Source: Eledone cirrhosa (Eukaryota). From it: DNA of 64,000 nucleotides. Below the pieces are notes generated by a model. That model saw only the letters and a program-made list of their open reading frames with translations. It did no database searches and was not told the DNA's origin. Location of the stretch: NCBI GenBank assembly GCA_964016885.1, contig OZ024742.1, forward strand, positions 83,576,001-83,640,000, given 5' to 3'. Below are positions 1 through 12,300 of the stretch, one piece after another. The position numbers and the translations under genes are program-made. Position 1 is the first letter of the stretch, and each line of letters begins with the position of its first letter.

Positions 1-395
1 ACCTTCTCTAGGCGGACAGCTAACCAAAAGACACTCCACCAGACATGAGGCATGACAGCCGCTACAGGCTAGCCAACTGCCACATCGACGACACAGACCT
101 ATGCCACCAGGCTTACGTCGTATACAGATTAGAGTGTGACAAATGCAGCAATTTCTACATAGGTAGCACCACCAGACCACTTCACATTAGAATAAAAGAA
201 CACCTCAACAATAATGCTTCCTCATTTGAGAAACACTTAGTGAGATGCAAAAACACCGACAAAAACATAATAGTTAGGATAGAAGCTAAGGAAAGAAACC
301 TTGGCAATCTTAGAATTAAAGAAGCACTAATTATAGACAAAAGGGAACCACTAATCAATAACAGACTAGAACTCAACACCCAATATTTAACATGA
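1..395 (+). mobile_element. Penelope-like element, C-terminal GIY-YIG endonuclease fragment (ORF enters from the window edge)
   Basis: VVYRLECDKCSNFYIGSTTRPLHIRIKEH...LRIKEALII..EPLIN matches the PLE GIY-YIG signature (VY..YIG, CxxC, R..EH, E..LN). Confidence 0.85.
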
Positions 396-772
396 TAGAG
401 CACCCAGTCCCACACTTACACCTCCACGTACCATCTCACACACACGCACGCTTACACCTTCACTTATTCTCTCACACACATACACACACATAGACCAGTT
501 TTAACATGATAGAGCATCTAGCCCCCACATTTACATATAAACATATCCTCTCACACTCACACACACACACACACACGCATGCTTACACCTTCACGTATTC
601 TCCCACACACACTTAGACATACATGTGCAAACCCCTTTTAAAGGGAGACAACCCTTTATCTACCAAACCTTCACTCTTTGACATTAGAAATTGAATGGAA
701 ATGCTATACTATTTCCTGTCAGCATGACTTGGCAAGCTAATTAGAACACTGGATTAGCCCCTTTACTTCACT

Positions 773-797
773 CAGAAGAAGAGATATTATCTCGAAA
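773..797 (+). ncRNA. Degenerate minimal hammerhead motif in the PLE 3' region
   Basis: CAGAAGA-A-GAGAT(ATT)ATCTC-GAAA: perfect stem II, but the core reads CAGA instead of CUGA. Confidence 0.45.
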
Positions 798-998
798 ATT
801 AATGATATTCAAATAAATTTAAGGTAAAAGACTAATTGTCAGCAATATCTTTTGCATTTGTATTTATATTCTATATCGATACCTGCATTGTTTTGGCCTT
901 CTAACTCCAAACGTTTATACCTCACTACGCAATGCTTCAAGTAAACTACAATTTCCTCCTATATATATATATATGTATATATATATAGGAGGAAATTG

Positions 999-1062
<64 letters not shown>

Positions 1063-1079
1063 GTACACACACACACATA

Positions 1080-1118
<39 letters not shown>

Positions 1119-1121
<3 letters not shown>

Positions 1122-1306
1122 AACCAGTAAGACCCCGACAGCTGAACTCAAGCCGTTTCGACGGCTAATTCTTGAATTAGCCGTCGAAACGGCTTGAGCT
1201 CAGCTGTCGGGGTCTTACTGGTTCCTATTACCCACTCTACTACCTCAAGTATTGAGTACTTTGGTGCGTTATGGTCCACCTGGTTCCTTACCACATTTCC
1301 TTCGTT
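1119..1306 (+). mobile_element. Hairpin family A (about 108-bp palindrome plus about 80-bp tail, with the 3' half of an HHR)
   Basis: Palindrome 1119-1226, flanked by (TA)n; homologous to copies at 11166, 40925, 41172 and 52117. Confidence 0.8.
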
Positions 1307-1890
1307 ATATATATATATATATATACAAATGATTCATCAGTCAGCAAATGTGGATTCTGTTTACTACACATCTAGCCTCATGGATAGAGAGAAAGCTAAT
1401 ATACACGCTGCCCAGGGTAGGGCGAAATCACGTGTTATTTGCATCAAATAACGGTTCTCGTGGATTGGGGAAAATGCTAGAGAGAGCAGCCCAACCATTC
1501 GAATTAATTAGCTCAAGAATTTGGAGCTCGTTAAGTACAAGGATCGGAATTAAGAGTATTCCGCAGTTCACAGTAATAATAATAATATTAGCTCAAAGAA
1601 GAATAGAGAATTTTCTTCTGAGCTCGGATACAAATATATTACACAAATAGATGTGTGTTACACAGTGAAATGTGTGTAAAGGATTATTACAAGTGATTTT
1701 TACCGTTACTGTATAGAAAACAATATCTATAAGTTTAGCAATTATCCGAGCTCAGAAGAAAATTCTCTAATCCATGAGAACGGTTATTTGATGCAAATAA
1801 CACGTGATTTTGCCCTACCCTGGGCAGCGTGTATATTAACTTTCTCTCTATCCATGAGGCTAGATGTGTAGTAAACAGAATCCACATTTC

Positions 1891-1957
1891 CTGACTGATG
1901 AACCTGTGGCTGTTAAACTGCACATTTCTGTGGCGAAACGAACTTAATTCGTATCAG
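1891..1957 (+). ncRNA. Type-I hammerhead ribozyme
   Basis: ctga-CTGATGA-(long stem II)-GAAAC-GAA cttaa TTC-GTA-tcag; stems I and III pair. Confidence 0.7.
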
Positions 1958-2437
1958 CAAACTTATAGTTATAAGGTTAGTAATTTAAAACTCTACTTCA
2001 GTGATTTGATTCTGACTTCAGTGATTTGATTCTATTTAATTGCTAAACCTATAGATATTGTTTTCTATACAGTAACGGTAAAAATCACTTGTAATAATCC
2101 TTTACACACATTTCACTGTGTAACACACATCTATTTGTGTAATATATTTGTATCCGAGCTCAGAAGAAAATTCTCTATTCTTCTTTGAGCTAATATTATT
2201 ATTATTACTGTGAACTGCGGAATACTCTTAATTCCGATCCTTGTACTTCGCGAGCTCCAAATTCTTGAGCTAATAAATTCGAATGGTTCGGCTGTTCTCT
2301 CTATCATTTTTCCCCAATCCATGTGAACGGTTATTTGATGCAAATAACACGTGATTTCGCCCTACCCTGGGCAGCGTGTATATTAGCTTTCTCTCTATCT
2401 ATGAGGCTAGATGTGTAGTAAACAGAATCCACATTTC

Positions 2438-2504
2438 CTGACTGATGAACCTGTGGCTGTTAAACTGCACATTTCTGTGGCGAAACGAACTTAATTCGTA
2501 TCAG
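2438..2504 (+). ncRNA. Type-I hammerhead ribozyme (second tandem copy)
   Basis: Same motif as 1891-1957, 547 bp downstream. Confidence 0.7.
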
Positions 2505-2795
2505 CAAACTTATAGTTATAAGGTTAGTAATTTAAAACTCTAATTCAGTGATTTGTTTCTGACTTCAGTGATTTGATTCTATTTAATTGGTAAACCTATA
2601 GATATTGTTTTCTATACAGTAACGGTAAAAATCACTTGTAATAATCTTTTACACACATTTCACTGTGTAACACACTTCTATTTGTGTAATATATTTGTAT
2701 CCGAGCTCAGAAGAAAATTCTCTATTCTTCTTTGAGCTAATATTATTATTATTACTGTGAACTGCGGAATACTCTTAATTCCGATCCTCATTGTA

Positions 2796-2855
<60 letters not shown>

Positions 2856-2860
<5 letters not shown>

Positions 2861-3370
2861 ATTAACATATACACAAACTAAACAAAGTCACAGATATATA
2901 TGTTTTGGCAACCATTCACGATGCGGCTCAATGATGAATTAATAAATTAAACAATCAAAGCAATATACTATAAATATGTCCATAGAATCATTTGATAATA
3001 TATATATATATACACCATTTCCTCTCCCAATTAGCATAATCAACCACATAAAAAATCAATTAGACCAGGCTATAAGATTAAAAGGCACCTATGAAGAAAT
3101 ATAAGATAAATAAGCAACAGCAATCTCTTCGCGGCCGACCGCCACATAATATTACCCAACATTTCAACAGCACGTGGAAATCGACTAAATATATCGTCAA
3201 CCATACGCAATTAGGTATAAAATTATAGTTAGAAGAAATGCATACACACTTACCAGGATTATGTCTCTACCCTTGGGTGTCGTTCGCATTTTGAGATATC
3301 CTATTCAGGATAAAATCTTGAGCTTCGAACTCGTCAGGAAACAAACTCATAGGACAAGTAATTTTCGGTC
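2856..3370. repeat. Interspersed repeat, homologous to 32780-33790
   Basis: Extended similarity, e.g. aaagtca.agatatatatgttt..ggcaac.attcacgatg.ggctcaatga. Confidence 0.7.
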
Positions 3371-3800
3371 GACCGTTGAAACTATAAAACGAATCGAATG
3401 ATAAAAATGCATTACATAATGGAGTTGTGAAACAAAAACTATATTTTAAACGACACTTAAAACATTTTAAACATCAAAATATTAAAACTTCATAAATATA
3501 TTTAATACTCATGAGTATTTCAAAACCACACCATCTAATGTGTTTATTAGCTACCTCAGCTTATAAACGGGTTTTCGATTTTTGCCCATTTCTCAGGTAT
3601 AAAATAGGAGTTTAGATTATATTTAGATCAGTTGATATTTGAGTATATATGGTAATGTCTCTATTGTGTTTAATTTAGGGAAAAGAGAAAAAATAGAGAG
3701 GATAACAAAATATTATAAAATTCTGGATATCACTATATATGATTACCACATTGCTCTAGATTCAGCAGCCCTAGAAAAAAGAAAAAGAGGTACTATTATA

Positions 3801-3985
3801 GTGGATTGGCAGTATCGGTATAGGGTCGGACGCCATGCTTTCCAGCATAGTTACGTCCCTTTACGATCTGAGTTAAAATCCCGCCGAAGTTGACTTTGCC
3901 TTTCATCCTTAAGGGGTCCATAAAATAAAGTACCAGTAATGCACTGGGTAATTGCTGGCCTTGTGCCTAAAGTAGAAACAATTAT
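3801..3985 (+). mobile_element. tRNA-derived SINE (cephalopod-type family 1)
   Basis: GTGGATTGGCAG head, B-box-like GAGTTAAAATCCC, and 3' ATAAAGTACCAGTAATGCACTGGGTAATTGCTGGCCTTGTGCC tail; many copies in the window. Confidence 0.8.
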
Positions 3986-4064
3986 ATTTATGACTTTCTG
4001 TTTCTATTTCAAATGACATAAACTCATTAAGCTCAAAATTATACACACACACACACACACACAT

Positions 4065-4114
<50 letters not shown>

Positions 4115-4117
<3 letters not shown>

Positions 4118-4480
4118 AAGAAATTAAAAGATGGTTAAAAAAGTTCCATATATTTTATTATGCACATTTCGAAAGCAACATCATCCTGGGACAAAAATTG
4201 TGATCCCATCAGATAAAATAAGGTAACATAATATGAGGCCTAAAAACACTTGTCAACAGGAAAGTGCAAAGTCTACATATGACAGAAATATAAGAGTAAG
4301 AAAAAGATAGGAAAATAGAAGAAAAGGAAAGAAGATGTAGAAAAAGGAAAAAGAAAGTGAAGAGAGGAAAAAAGGAAAAAAAGAAAGAAGGAAGAGAGAG
4401 AAAGAGAGAGAGAGCGCGAGAGAGAGAGAGAGAAAGAGAGGGGGAGAAACTTTTGATCAGGAACGCTGTCAAAATGAAAC
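4115..4480 (-). mobile_element. Diverged pLTR fragment of the PLE family at 19306-22490, with a degenerate HHR (4151-4220)
   Basis: Similar to 19316-19660; the minus strand reads tattttat-CTGATGG...GAAA-TGTGCA-TA-ataaaata. Confidence 0.6.
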
Positions 4481-4534
4481 AAGCTGTAAATAACGGTTAA
4501 AAAGTAAATTGATGAGATGTATGTGCGATAAAAT

Positions 4535-4610
4535 AAAGGGGTCGATTAAATAAAGTACCAGTAATGCACTGGGTAATTGCTGGCCTTGTGCCAAAACGTA
4601 GAAACAATTA
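4535..4610 (+). mobile_element. SINE family 1, 3' fragment
   Basis: Same tail as 3910-3985. Confidence 0.7.
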
Positions 4611-5138
4611 TAGATGGTATTCAAATATTAGAGGTCTAAAATATAGAAACTGGGTATATTATTTTATATTGGGTTTAAATACTAAAAATTGGATTAAGAA
4701 GTGTAAAAATGTATTAATAAAATTAAATTTAAAAAAATTAAATTAAATTAAAATAAGTATAAAAAAGATTTTTATAAAATAAAATATAATTAAAAAATAA
4801 AAATAGTCTATCTATGTCAAAATTAAAAATTTCTATTAAAAATCTATATATGTGGGGTATACTATTTAATTATTATTTTATATCAACAAGTAATTAAAGG
4901 AAATTGCTAGAATGTTTTATAAACGTAGAAAAACATACGACGTCATAGTTTGTTTACAAAATCTACGAAGGTTTGAACGAAAATCTAAGGCTATCGAAAA
5001 AAGGTCAAAGGCTTAATATATGCTGAGAAACTGAATTAATACATTGTAGAATATATTGAAATATGTGTAAAAAAAATATGTGTAAAAAATTAACCGTTAT
5101 TCGTGGAATATGTTATAGGACATAAGCTATATACTTTG

Positions 5139-5177
<39 letters not shown>

Positions 5178-5274
5178 TTAGAAATTATAAGCTTTCACCG
5201 TATTTTAGACTAAAGAAATTTCTAGCCTGATAGTGGGGTTTATAACCCTCGGAGAAATGGAAAAGGATGAGTGT

Positions 5275-5345
5275 TGCCGTACATGGGAGTCGAACCCACA
5301 TCTTTGGTTATCCAGACCACTGTGCTACCATTACACCAATACACA
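5275..5345 (-). pseudogene. tRNA-like sequence (pseudogene or SINE head; anticodon loop CT-GGA-TA)
   Basis: Minus strand has A box TGGTGTAATGGT, D arm, TGGT-CTGGATA-ACCA arm and T arm GTGGG-TTCGACT-CCCAT; the acceptor stem is imperfect. Confidence 0.6.
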
Positions 5346-5526
5346 TACATACATGTTTACGTTTATAATTTGCTTGTTTATCATTCACTTGCTAAGTTCA
5401 TAGCTTCTAATTCGAATGGAATGAGTGTAGCAATTTTACCAAAATTTGAACGTACGGTTTAAGAGGAGATGTGTGCCGACGGTTTTAGTAGACAGAGAAA
5501 CAGACAACCTGTTTTATATATATAGA

Positions 5527-6324
5527 CTAGCAGAAAACCACCCGGTGGGCGGTTTTCTGCTAGCAAATCTAGTGGGCGGTTTTCTGCTAGCAAATCTAGT
5601 GTATATACTGATATTGTTGAGATTTGGATGAGAAATGTTTTCGGCACCACATGTTCACCGTCTCTCGGTGTATCTTTTATGCATGTATAAATATATATGT
5701 TATCTATACGGTGAAATCTTTGAAATAAATATATGTTAAAACGAAAAAGGAGAAAAAGAGATTAGTGACGGAAATATAAACGTTATGATACATAAACGTT
5801 ATGATATAACGATGGAAATATATAAACGTTTACGATAAAACGATGAAAATAGAAACGTTTATATATAATGATAAGCCGAAACACTCATAAGCCGAAACAC
5901 TCGTAAGTCGAAACACTCGTAAAGCGAAACGTATAAATAAAGATTAATGTAATGAATTTGAAAAGCATAGAGATTTGAAACCGCGTCTATTTGTTTCCTT
6001 GGCATTTTTTACAGACGGACAGACAGACAAACAAACAGAGAAATGCCCATTATATATTATAAGTAGACTTGGCATGGTGTCAAGTCAGAACCGCCTTGAA
6101 CTGGTTACTTCTGGCTTGTGCAAGGTGTCTCTATAGCAACCAGCGATTCCCTCGGCCTCAGTGACCAAAGTCAGTGGAGAGGGGAAGGTAATGTTTCTAT
6201 AGCGACAGTGTTTCTCTTGGTAGTACCAAAGTGGAGAAAGGAAGGGGAAGGTAATATTTCTGTAGCACCTACATTTGAGTTTTAGGGAAGGACAGACAGA
6301 CAAACAGAGAAATGCCAATATATT

Positions 6325-6359
<35 letters not shown>

Positions 6360-6625
6360 TACACACACAGAAATGTATATATATTTCTGTGTGTGTATAT
6401 ATATATATATTACACACACACAGAAATGTATATATGTTTCTGTAGCACTCCTCAATTCCCCCCTCTCTCCCTCCCGCTATCCCCCTCTTGTAGTCTGTCT
6501 CTTTCTTTCACTCTCACTCTCTCACTCTCTCTCTACGCGTGCGCAAAAATCATTCGCACGCGCACACGTGTTTCCACTGTCGGACAGACAGACAGAGAAA
6601 TTGCTGGTTATATATTATAAGGAGA
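5527..6625 (-). mobile_element. Composite non-autonomous Helitron
   Basis: On the minus strand: 5'-TC starts at 6625 and about 6067, and a GC hairpin plus CTAG-3' at 5527; nearly identical to 37671-38480. Confidence 0.75.
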
Positions 6626-6948
6626 TGAGTTGGCTTATTTCATTCGATATTAATTTTGTATGGTATATATTTGTGGGTTGTATTATTTTATTTTATTATA
6701 CATTTATTTAATAGTATATGTGTTGTATGAATGAGATGTCCGGAGCAAAGCTCTTCATTTAAACATTTTATAAAGTTGTGAACACTGGTATGGCTTCTAT
6801 TTTCTCCTTGTTCATTTTTATCATATTTAGTACTCCAGCTATTTTAGCTCTGATTTTACTTTCATAGCTCTCATCATTGTTTACTTACCCAAAAACATCG
6901 AGGATGCAGATAACATGCGTCAGTTTACCAAACATCGGATTAGCCATA

Positions 6949-8134
6949 GGGTCATTCCATATCACCCAGTTTCAGAAAAATTTACCAGGTCACGACTCAG
7001 ATCCCTCTGAAAAATATTAGCTCCAGTACTTATCAAGTATTAGTTCAATATCTTTGATAGTTTTGAAATTGTAGGCCTTTAAAATATTAATTAGTTATAC
7101 ATTTTTTTCCGAAAGAGCCTCTCGGACCAACTTCAGACAGCCATTTCTCCTCTAATAAGGTAAGCACAACTTTGAAATCATGTGTTTGGGACTAACTTCT
7201 TCTGTAGAGTTCAAATATTTTATCAAATTAAGTGTATTTTGTATATTTTACCAACTACAGGCCTCTGAAAATTGCCAAGAATTAAACGTACAGCAAATGT
7301 ATGCCTCTTTTAGCTATTTTTATCTCAATAGGTACACTAGATAAAGCGACCATAATTGTTTTCCTATTATTTAGTATATAGTAAACGATTTCTGAACAGT
7401 AACCATGTTAGTTACTATTATGGGTAATGCATATTTCCGATGCTTTATGAATAAGTTGATCCTGTACAAAACGCTGACAACTGAATTCTTAAAATTTCAC
7501 AACTCTGAAAAGAAGCTCAGCAACAAAACCAAATTTCTGTCACATCATCTTCAGAAGAATCAAAATGCATGGTAAAAATTTAAAAACGATAGTGAACTGC
7601 CCACATGGTCAACTAAGGGTTTCAAATGGACCTTTTTTGAAATCGCACATAATTCAAAAACTTATTCTGACACTCCCATAATAGTAACTAACATGTTTAC
7701 TGCTCAGAAATGGTCTACTATATACTAAGTAACAGGAAAACAATTATGGTCGCTTTATGTGTACCTATTGAGATAGAAATAGCTAAAAGAGGCATACATC
7801 TGCTGTACGTTTAATTCTTGGCAATTTTCAGAGGCCTGTAGATGGAAAAATATACAAAATACACTTAATTTGATAAGATATTTGAACTTTACAGAAAAGG
7901 TTAGCCCCAAACACATGATTTCAAAGTTGTACTTTCCTTATTAGAGGAGAAATGGCTGCCTCAAATTGGTCGGAAAAAAATATATAATTAATTAATATGT
8001 TAAAGGCCTACAATTTCAAAACTATCAAAGATATTGACCTATTACTCGATAAGTACAGGAGCTAGTATGAATTTTTTCAGGAGGATCTGAGGGGTGACCT
8101 GGGACCCTCTGTGTGATTTGAGATGAAATGACCC
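6949..8134. mobile_element. Foldback MITE with long (about 480 bp) TIRs and a 4-bp TSD, Sola-like
   Basis: Ends GGGTCATTCCAT / ATGAAATGACCC; CATA duplicated at 6945-6948 and 8135-8138; arms are inverted. Confidence 0.85.
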
Positions 8135-8741
8135 CATATATCTTTCAAAGCAGAAAATGCGGAAACACTTACTAGATTGTGTTGTAATGGAATTTTGCTA
8201 GATCGAGGAGGGATAAATTGAAGTCATTGTCTGGTCTTTATCATCCCGAATATGACACAGAGCCCCGCAGACCTGAAGTTCTACATGCCACCCGCGGAAA
8301 TGTGTTTCACTCAATGTAAAAATACATAAGAAGTTGATTACCAACGATATTGGTTATGGTCATTGACCGTTATCTTTTTATTATCATTGCAGAATGACAA
8401 AGAATTCATTAGATAGTATCGTGCTAGACACTAGTAATATATGTGCTGTGATCATTGCTGGAATTTATCTGATCTTTGGTCTCCTCAATCAGTATCAGTA
8501 GATGCGTATAATATAATTGTGAAAACTACACTGTGATGCCCAGGCTTATAAACAATTCAAACAAAATATATATATTTTTAACTATTTCAGTCTCACTCGT
8601 TTAATTATATATTTTTCTGTTTGCAGGAAAATTACATGTTATACATGAAACTATATTTCAGACTAGACTGTATTGCATACTATAACTTTGATCATAAATC
8701 TTCTATGAGTCGTATTTTCAGTTAAACCTACGTTAAGTATC

Positions 8742-8930
8742 TACGAGAGTCGGTTGAAATGTTCACAGATTGACAAAGAAACTCTCATGGAATGATCAAA
8801 TGAAGTTTATTTTTCAAAATAGTCCATGGAAAAAACTATTCAGTTATTAATAAGAGTTGAAATTAATGCATGCAGGATTTCACAGCTCTAGCATCAATCC
8901 TTCATATGAACTTTTCAACCTACCTTCGTA
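8742..8930 (+). mobile_element. Tc1/mariner-type MITE
   Basis: Diverged TACGAGGGTCGGCTGAAAAGTTCATA-type TIRs with TA ends. Confidence 0.75.
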
Positions 8931-9456
8931 GTATCTTTCTATTTTAAGATGCTTGCCGAGATGTTAGAAAAGATTTAAATGAAGTGTGACAAGAAACGAT
9001 GGTGAACGTTTTTTAGAATTCGCTTTCCAGTTATTTCCAAACCCTCTCTTTTGTTTTTAGCCCTCCTTGTTACAAATATCACTTCGTAGACTTCACAAGC
9101 TTAGTATGATAAATACTTTATGATCGAAACTATCGTGCATATCATCAAACGTTAACAGAGTGAGTTAGGTATTACATGACATAGCATATTGAAAAGGGTT
9201 AAAAGAAAGATTCTATATTGCATTAGTTATGAAAGCATTAATTTTTGCAGGACAACGTGCAGAAGAAAAAATGAACGGAAGTCATACAAAATACAGTGTA
9301 AAGATAACGTTGACGATAATTTTACGAGAAACAAAGCACAATAATGCCACATAAAATTATGATATGACTAAATTAAAACAAGAAAAAAAAAGCTAAATAC
9401 TAAATGTCATAACTAAAGATGAAAGAGGAAGTAGGAAATAATAAAACAAAACAGTG

Positions 9457-9997
9457 TATTCAGCGTATTTCAAAAAGTGGGGGAAAAATGTACATAACAT
9501 ATTTTGAACATGTTTTCATTAAAAAGTAATTGATATAATAAAACTGATTCTCCTGAAAGTATGACCCCATTTTTGAACGGATCATCATGAAATTTAGCAC
9601 AGAGATCTAGATCTACTCCAGATAGTCCCATGGAAATGAGGAAATGTTATTGAAAGTGACGTAGAAGGAATGAAGACTCCAATGTACTGGTAGTGGCAGT
9701 CGCAAAGATAAAAAAGTAAGAAAGATATATTTATGGCAGAAATGAAAGAAATGACTTTTCTACCGCTGTGGACGCTGGATGTTTTTTTTTGTTTGTTTGT
9801 TTTTTGCTTTTTTCTCTCTATCTTCAGACATTATTCTAACTATGTCTCCATCTATTTCTACAACTTTCCTATTTTCTGTCATTCACACTTCCATACAATC
9901 GCTAGAATAAGGCAAACCTCAATCCAAATGAATTCTGTGCCTGCTCACCCACCAATATGAAGCGGTTAATAATTTTGAATGAAGAATACGCTGAACA
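9457..9997 (-). mobile_element. Decayed Tc1/mariner-like element
   Basis: Short TIRs TTCAGCGTATT / AATACGCTGAA; minus-strand remnant FPWDYL resembles the Tc1-type FLWGYL motif. Confidence 0.4.
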
Positions 9998-11109
9998 TTT
10001 TTGTAATTCCTTTTCAGTTCTACAGAATAAGATCTATGAATAAAAGGCTCTATAATAAATATCTGTTAATAAAAGGCTGATATAAGACTGTTTCTTTTTA
10101 TATCTGGGAGAATCTAGGACTGCAATACGGTTAATTTCGCTATTGAATTTCTAGCAGATCAAGCGATACTGCAGAGTCTCCTATATCATAGAAGATGCAA
10201 AGAGTTGGCCAAATCGTTAATGTAACACGTCTCTAGTCAATGGTTCATAGTATATCACTTGTATCACACTGTGTCCGTGGCTAAAGCATTACACTCGCAA
10301 ATGGTTCTGTCTTTTAATGGGATAACCCAGTGTAAGAATAACTCAGCACTTACTAAAGCAGTGGTGGTACCATAGATTATTGAAAACAGTGCCGAACCTC
10401 GTGTAGGCATGTAGAAGCGAGAGATTGTCTCTTGGTCACTGACTTGATGTATTTACATTATATGAATACGACGTCTTCGGTAGTGTCATATCATGCAACA
10501 GTTATGGGAGTCTTCGCCTTAAGCTGTGTCACCGAACAGGTGTATGCCTTTGTTAAAAGGAGACAATGATAGGATTTCTATCCTTGGATAAATCATTTTC
10601 CTTTTACTCGTCCTTAAAGCCCTAGTGAAAGGATTATTTTTGCAACGTCTTTGCTTTCCTTTCATTAAGAGAGAATTGAATTTGCGTCTTTCCATAAAGA
10701 AACAAGTAAATTAAAAACAAATTTTACAGACATAGCTATAATGAAATTACTTTATTTCCATTGCCTTTAAGAGCTAATATAGATTTTGTTATATTAAATT
10801 ATATTTTAAGAAACTATTATATATATTATTGAACTAAAAACATTGCTTCCTGATAATATATAGATTCATGTTATATAAGTTTAATATATAGACTCAGCTT
10901 CCAATAGCCGGGTGGATTATTGGCTGGATAAAGACTCGGTGCCTCACAGACTGGTATTAATGACTATCTTCACGTAAAAGAACCAATAAAACACAAAACG
11001 TATACGGTTATCTCGTTTACTGTATGTTACTATATGGTAGCTTTTCTTTCTCTTTACGCTTCTTACATTACCCTGAACCACACGCACAACAAATTCCTAC
11101 ACAACCCAC

Positions 11110-11165
<56 letters not shown>

Positions 11166-11169
<4 letters not shown>

Positions 11170-11358
11170 GGAAGAGTCAGGACCCCAACGGCTGAGCTCC
11201 AGCCGTTTCGACAGCTAGATGCGATCTAGCTGTCGAATCGGCCGGAGCTCAGCCGTCGGGGTCCTGACTCTATTCCTATTACCCACTCTACTACCCTATG
11301 TATCGAGCACTCTGGTGCGTTATGGTCCACCTGGTTCCTTACCACACTTTCTTTGTTT
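11166..11358 (+). mobile_element. Hairpin family A copy
   Basis: Palindrome plus the same tail as 1227-1306. Confidence 0.8.
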
Positions 11359-11376
11359 ATATATATATATATATAT

Positions 11377-11953
11377 GAAAAACGTAAAATAGGAAAATTA
11401 TATTAATTAGCTTACTTACTTAAATTTCATTCCAACTAATTAGTTTCTGAAAGGGAATATACATGGAGAACATGGAGAAACCTTTTCGTCATCAGGGAGT
11501 CATTCTCAGCTAAGATCCCTGGCGATGCGTGGACACAGGGAACTTATACAAAAATATTCAGTGGATGGAAAAGAGCAAGCGGGGACTAAATTCCAGGACA
11601 CTGAAAAAAATCACTGCCTTCATGTTCGGTGGCAAATTCGAAATAATCAATCACATGACATCGAGGGTAATCAGTGAAGAGTGGGGTGTTAAAAAGACAG
11701 TAGCCAAGCTGTTTCTATGAACTATAGTAGTAACTTTGGCAAATTTTTGCTCAACAAAATAATTTGGAGATAATTATAAAGAATCAGTATATCTACCAAC
11801 ATACACAGATGTATACTTATTCAAGCAAATATATAGGTTTTGTCTTAGTAACTTTGTGGTTCAATGCAAGGGGATGCAGAACAATTATATGAAAAACGTA
11901 AAATAAGAAAATTATAGTAATTAGCTTACTTACTTAAATTTCACTCCAACTAA
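11377..11953 (-). mobile_element. Retrozyme-like unit: 514-bp monomer plus 63-bp terminal direct repeat
   Basis: 11377-11439 is repeated at 11891-11953, and the HHR overlaps the repeat boundary. Confidence 0.7.
11429..11500 (-). ncRNA. Type-I hammerhead ribozyme
   Basis: Minus strand: actcc-CTGATGA-cGAAAAGG...CCCTTTCa-GAAAC-TAATTA-GTT-ggaat. Confidence 0.65.
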
Positions 11954-12145
11954 ATCATATTTTATTTATTTCATTTTGTCGAACTGCATGTCTTATTGGA
12001 TATATACAACTCATCTACGCCTCCTGCCTTCCAGCTTATCTCCTCTCTTCTGCTCCAAAGCCAGTAATAGGCCCTATCTTCTGGTCTCCATTTACCAAAT
12101 TTAACTCGTAAGTCAGCCGTCAACCCGAGGAGTCACAAAGTACAA

Positions 12146-12174
12146 CTGAAAACGAAACCACTTGGTTTCGAAGC
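12146..12174 (+). ncRNA. Degenerate hammerhead-like motif
   Basis: CTGAAAA-C-GAAACC actt GGTTTC-GAAGC: perfect stem II with a mutated core. Confidence 0.35.
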
Positions 12175-12229
12175 AAATTCCTTAACGGACAGCCAGATCC
12201 GGTTATTAAACTAACACCGATTGGAAGAT

Positions 12230-12299
<70 letters not shown>

Positions 12300-12300
<1 letters not shown>

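Larger units (their letters stand above)
1327..2797 (+). mobile_element. Non-autonomous HHR-bearing element: 547-bp tandem units plus an inverted about 410-bp 5' segment
   Basis: 1333-1740 is the reverse complement of about 2041-2449; direct repeat period 547; (TA)n on both sides. Confidence 0.8.
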
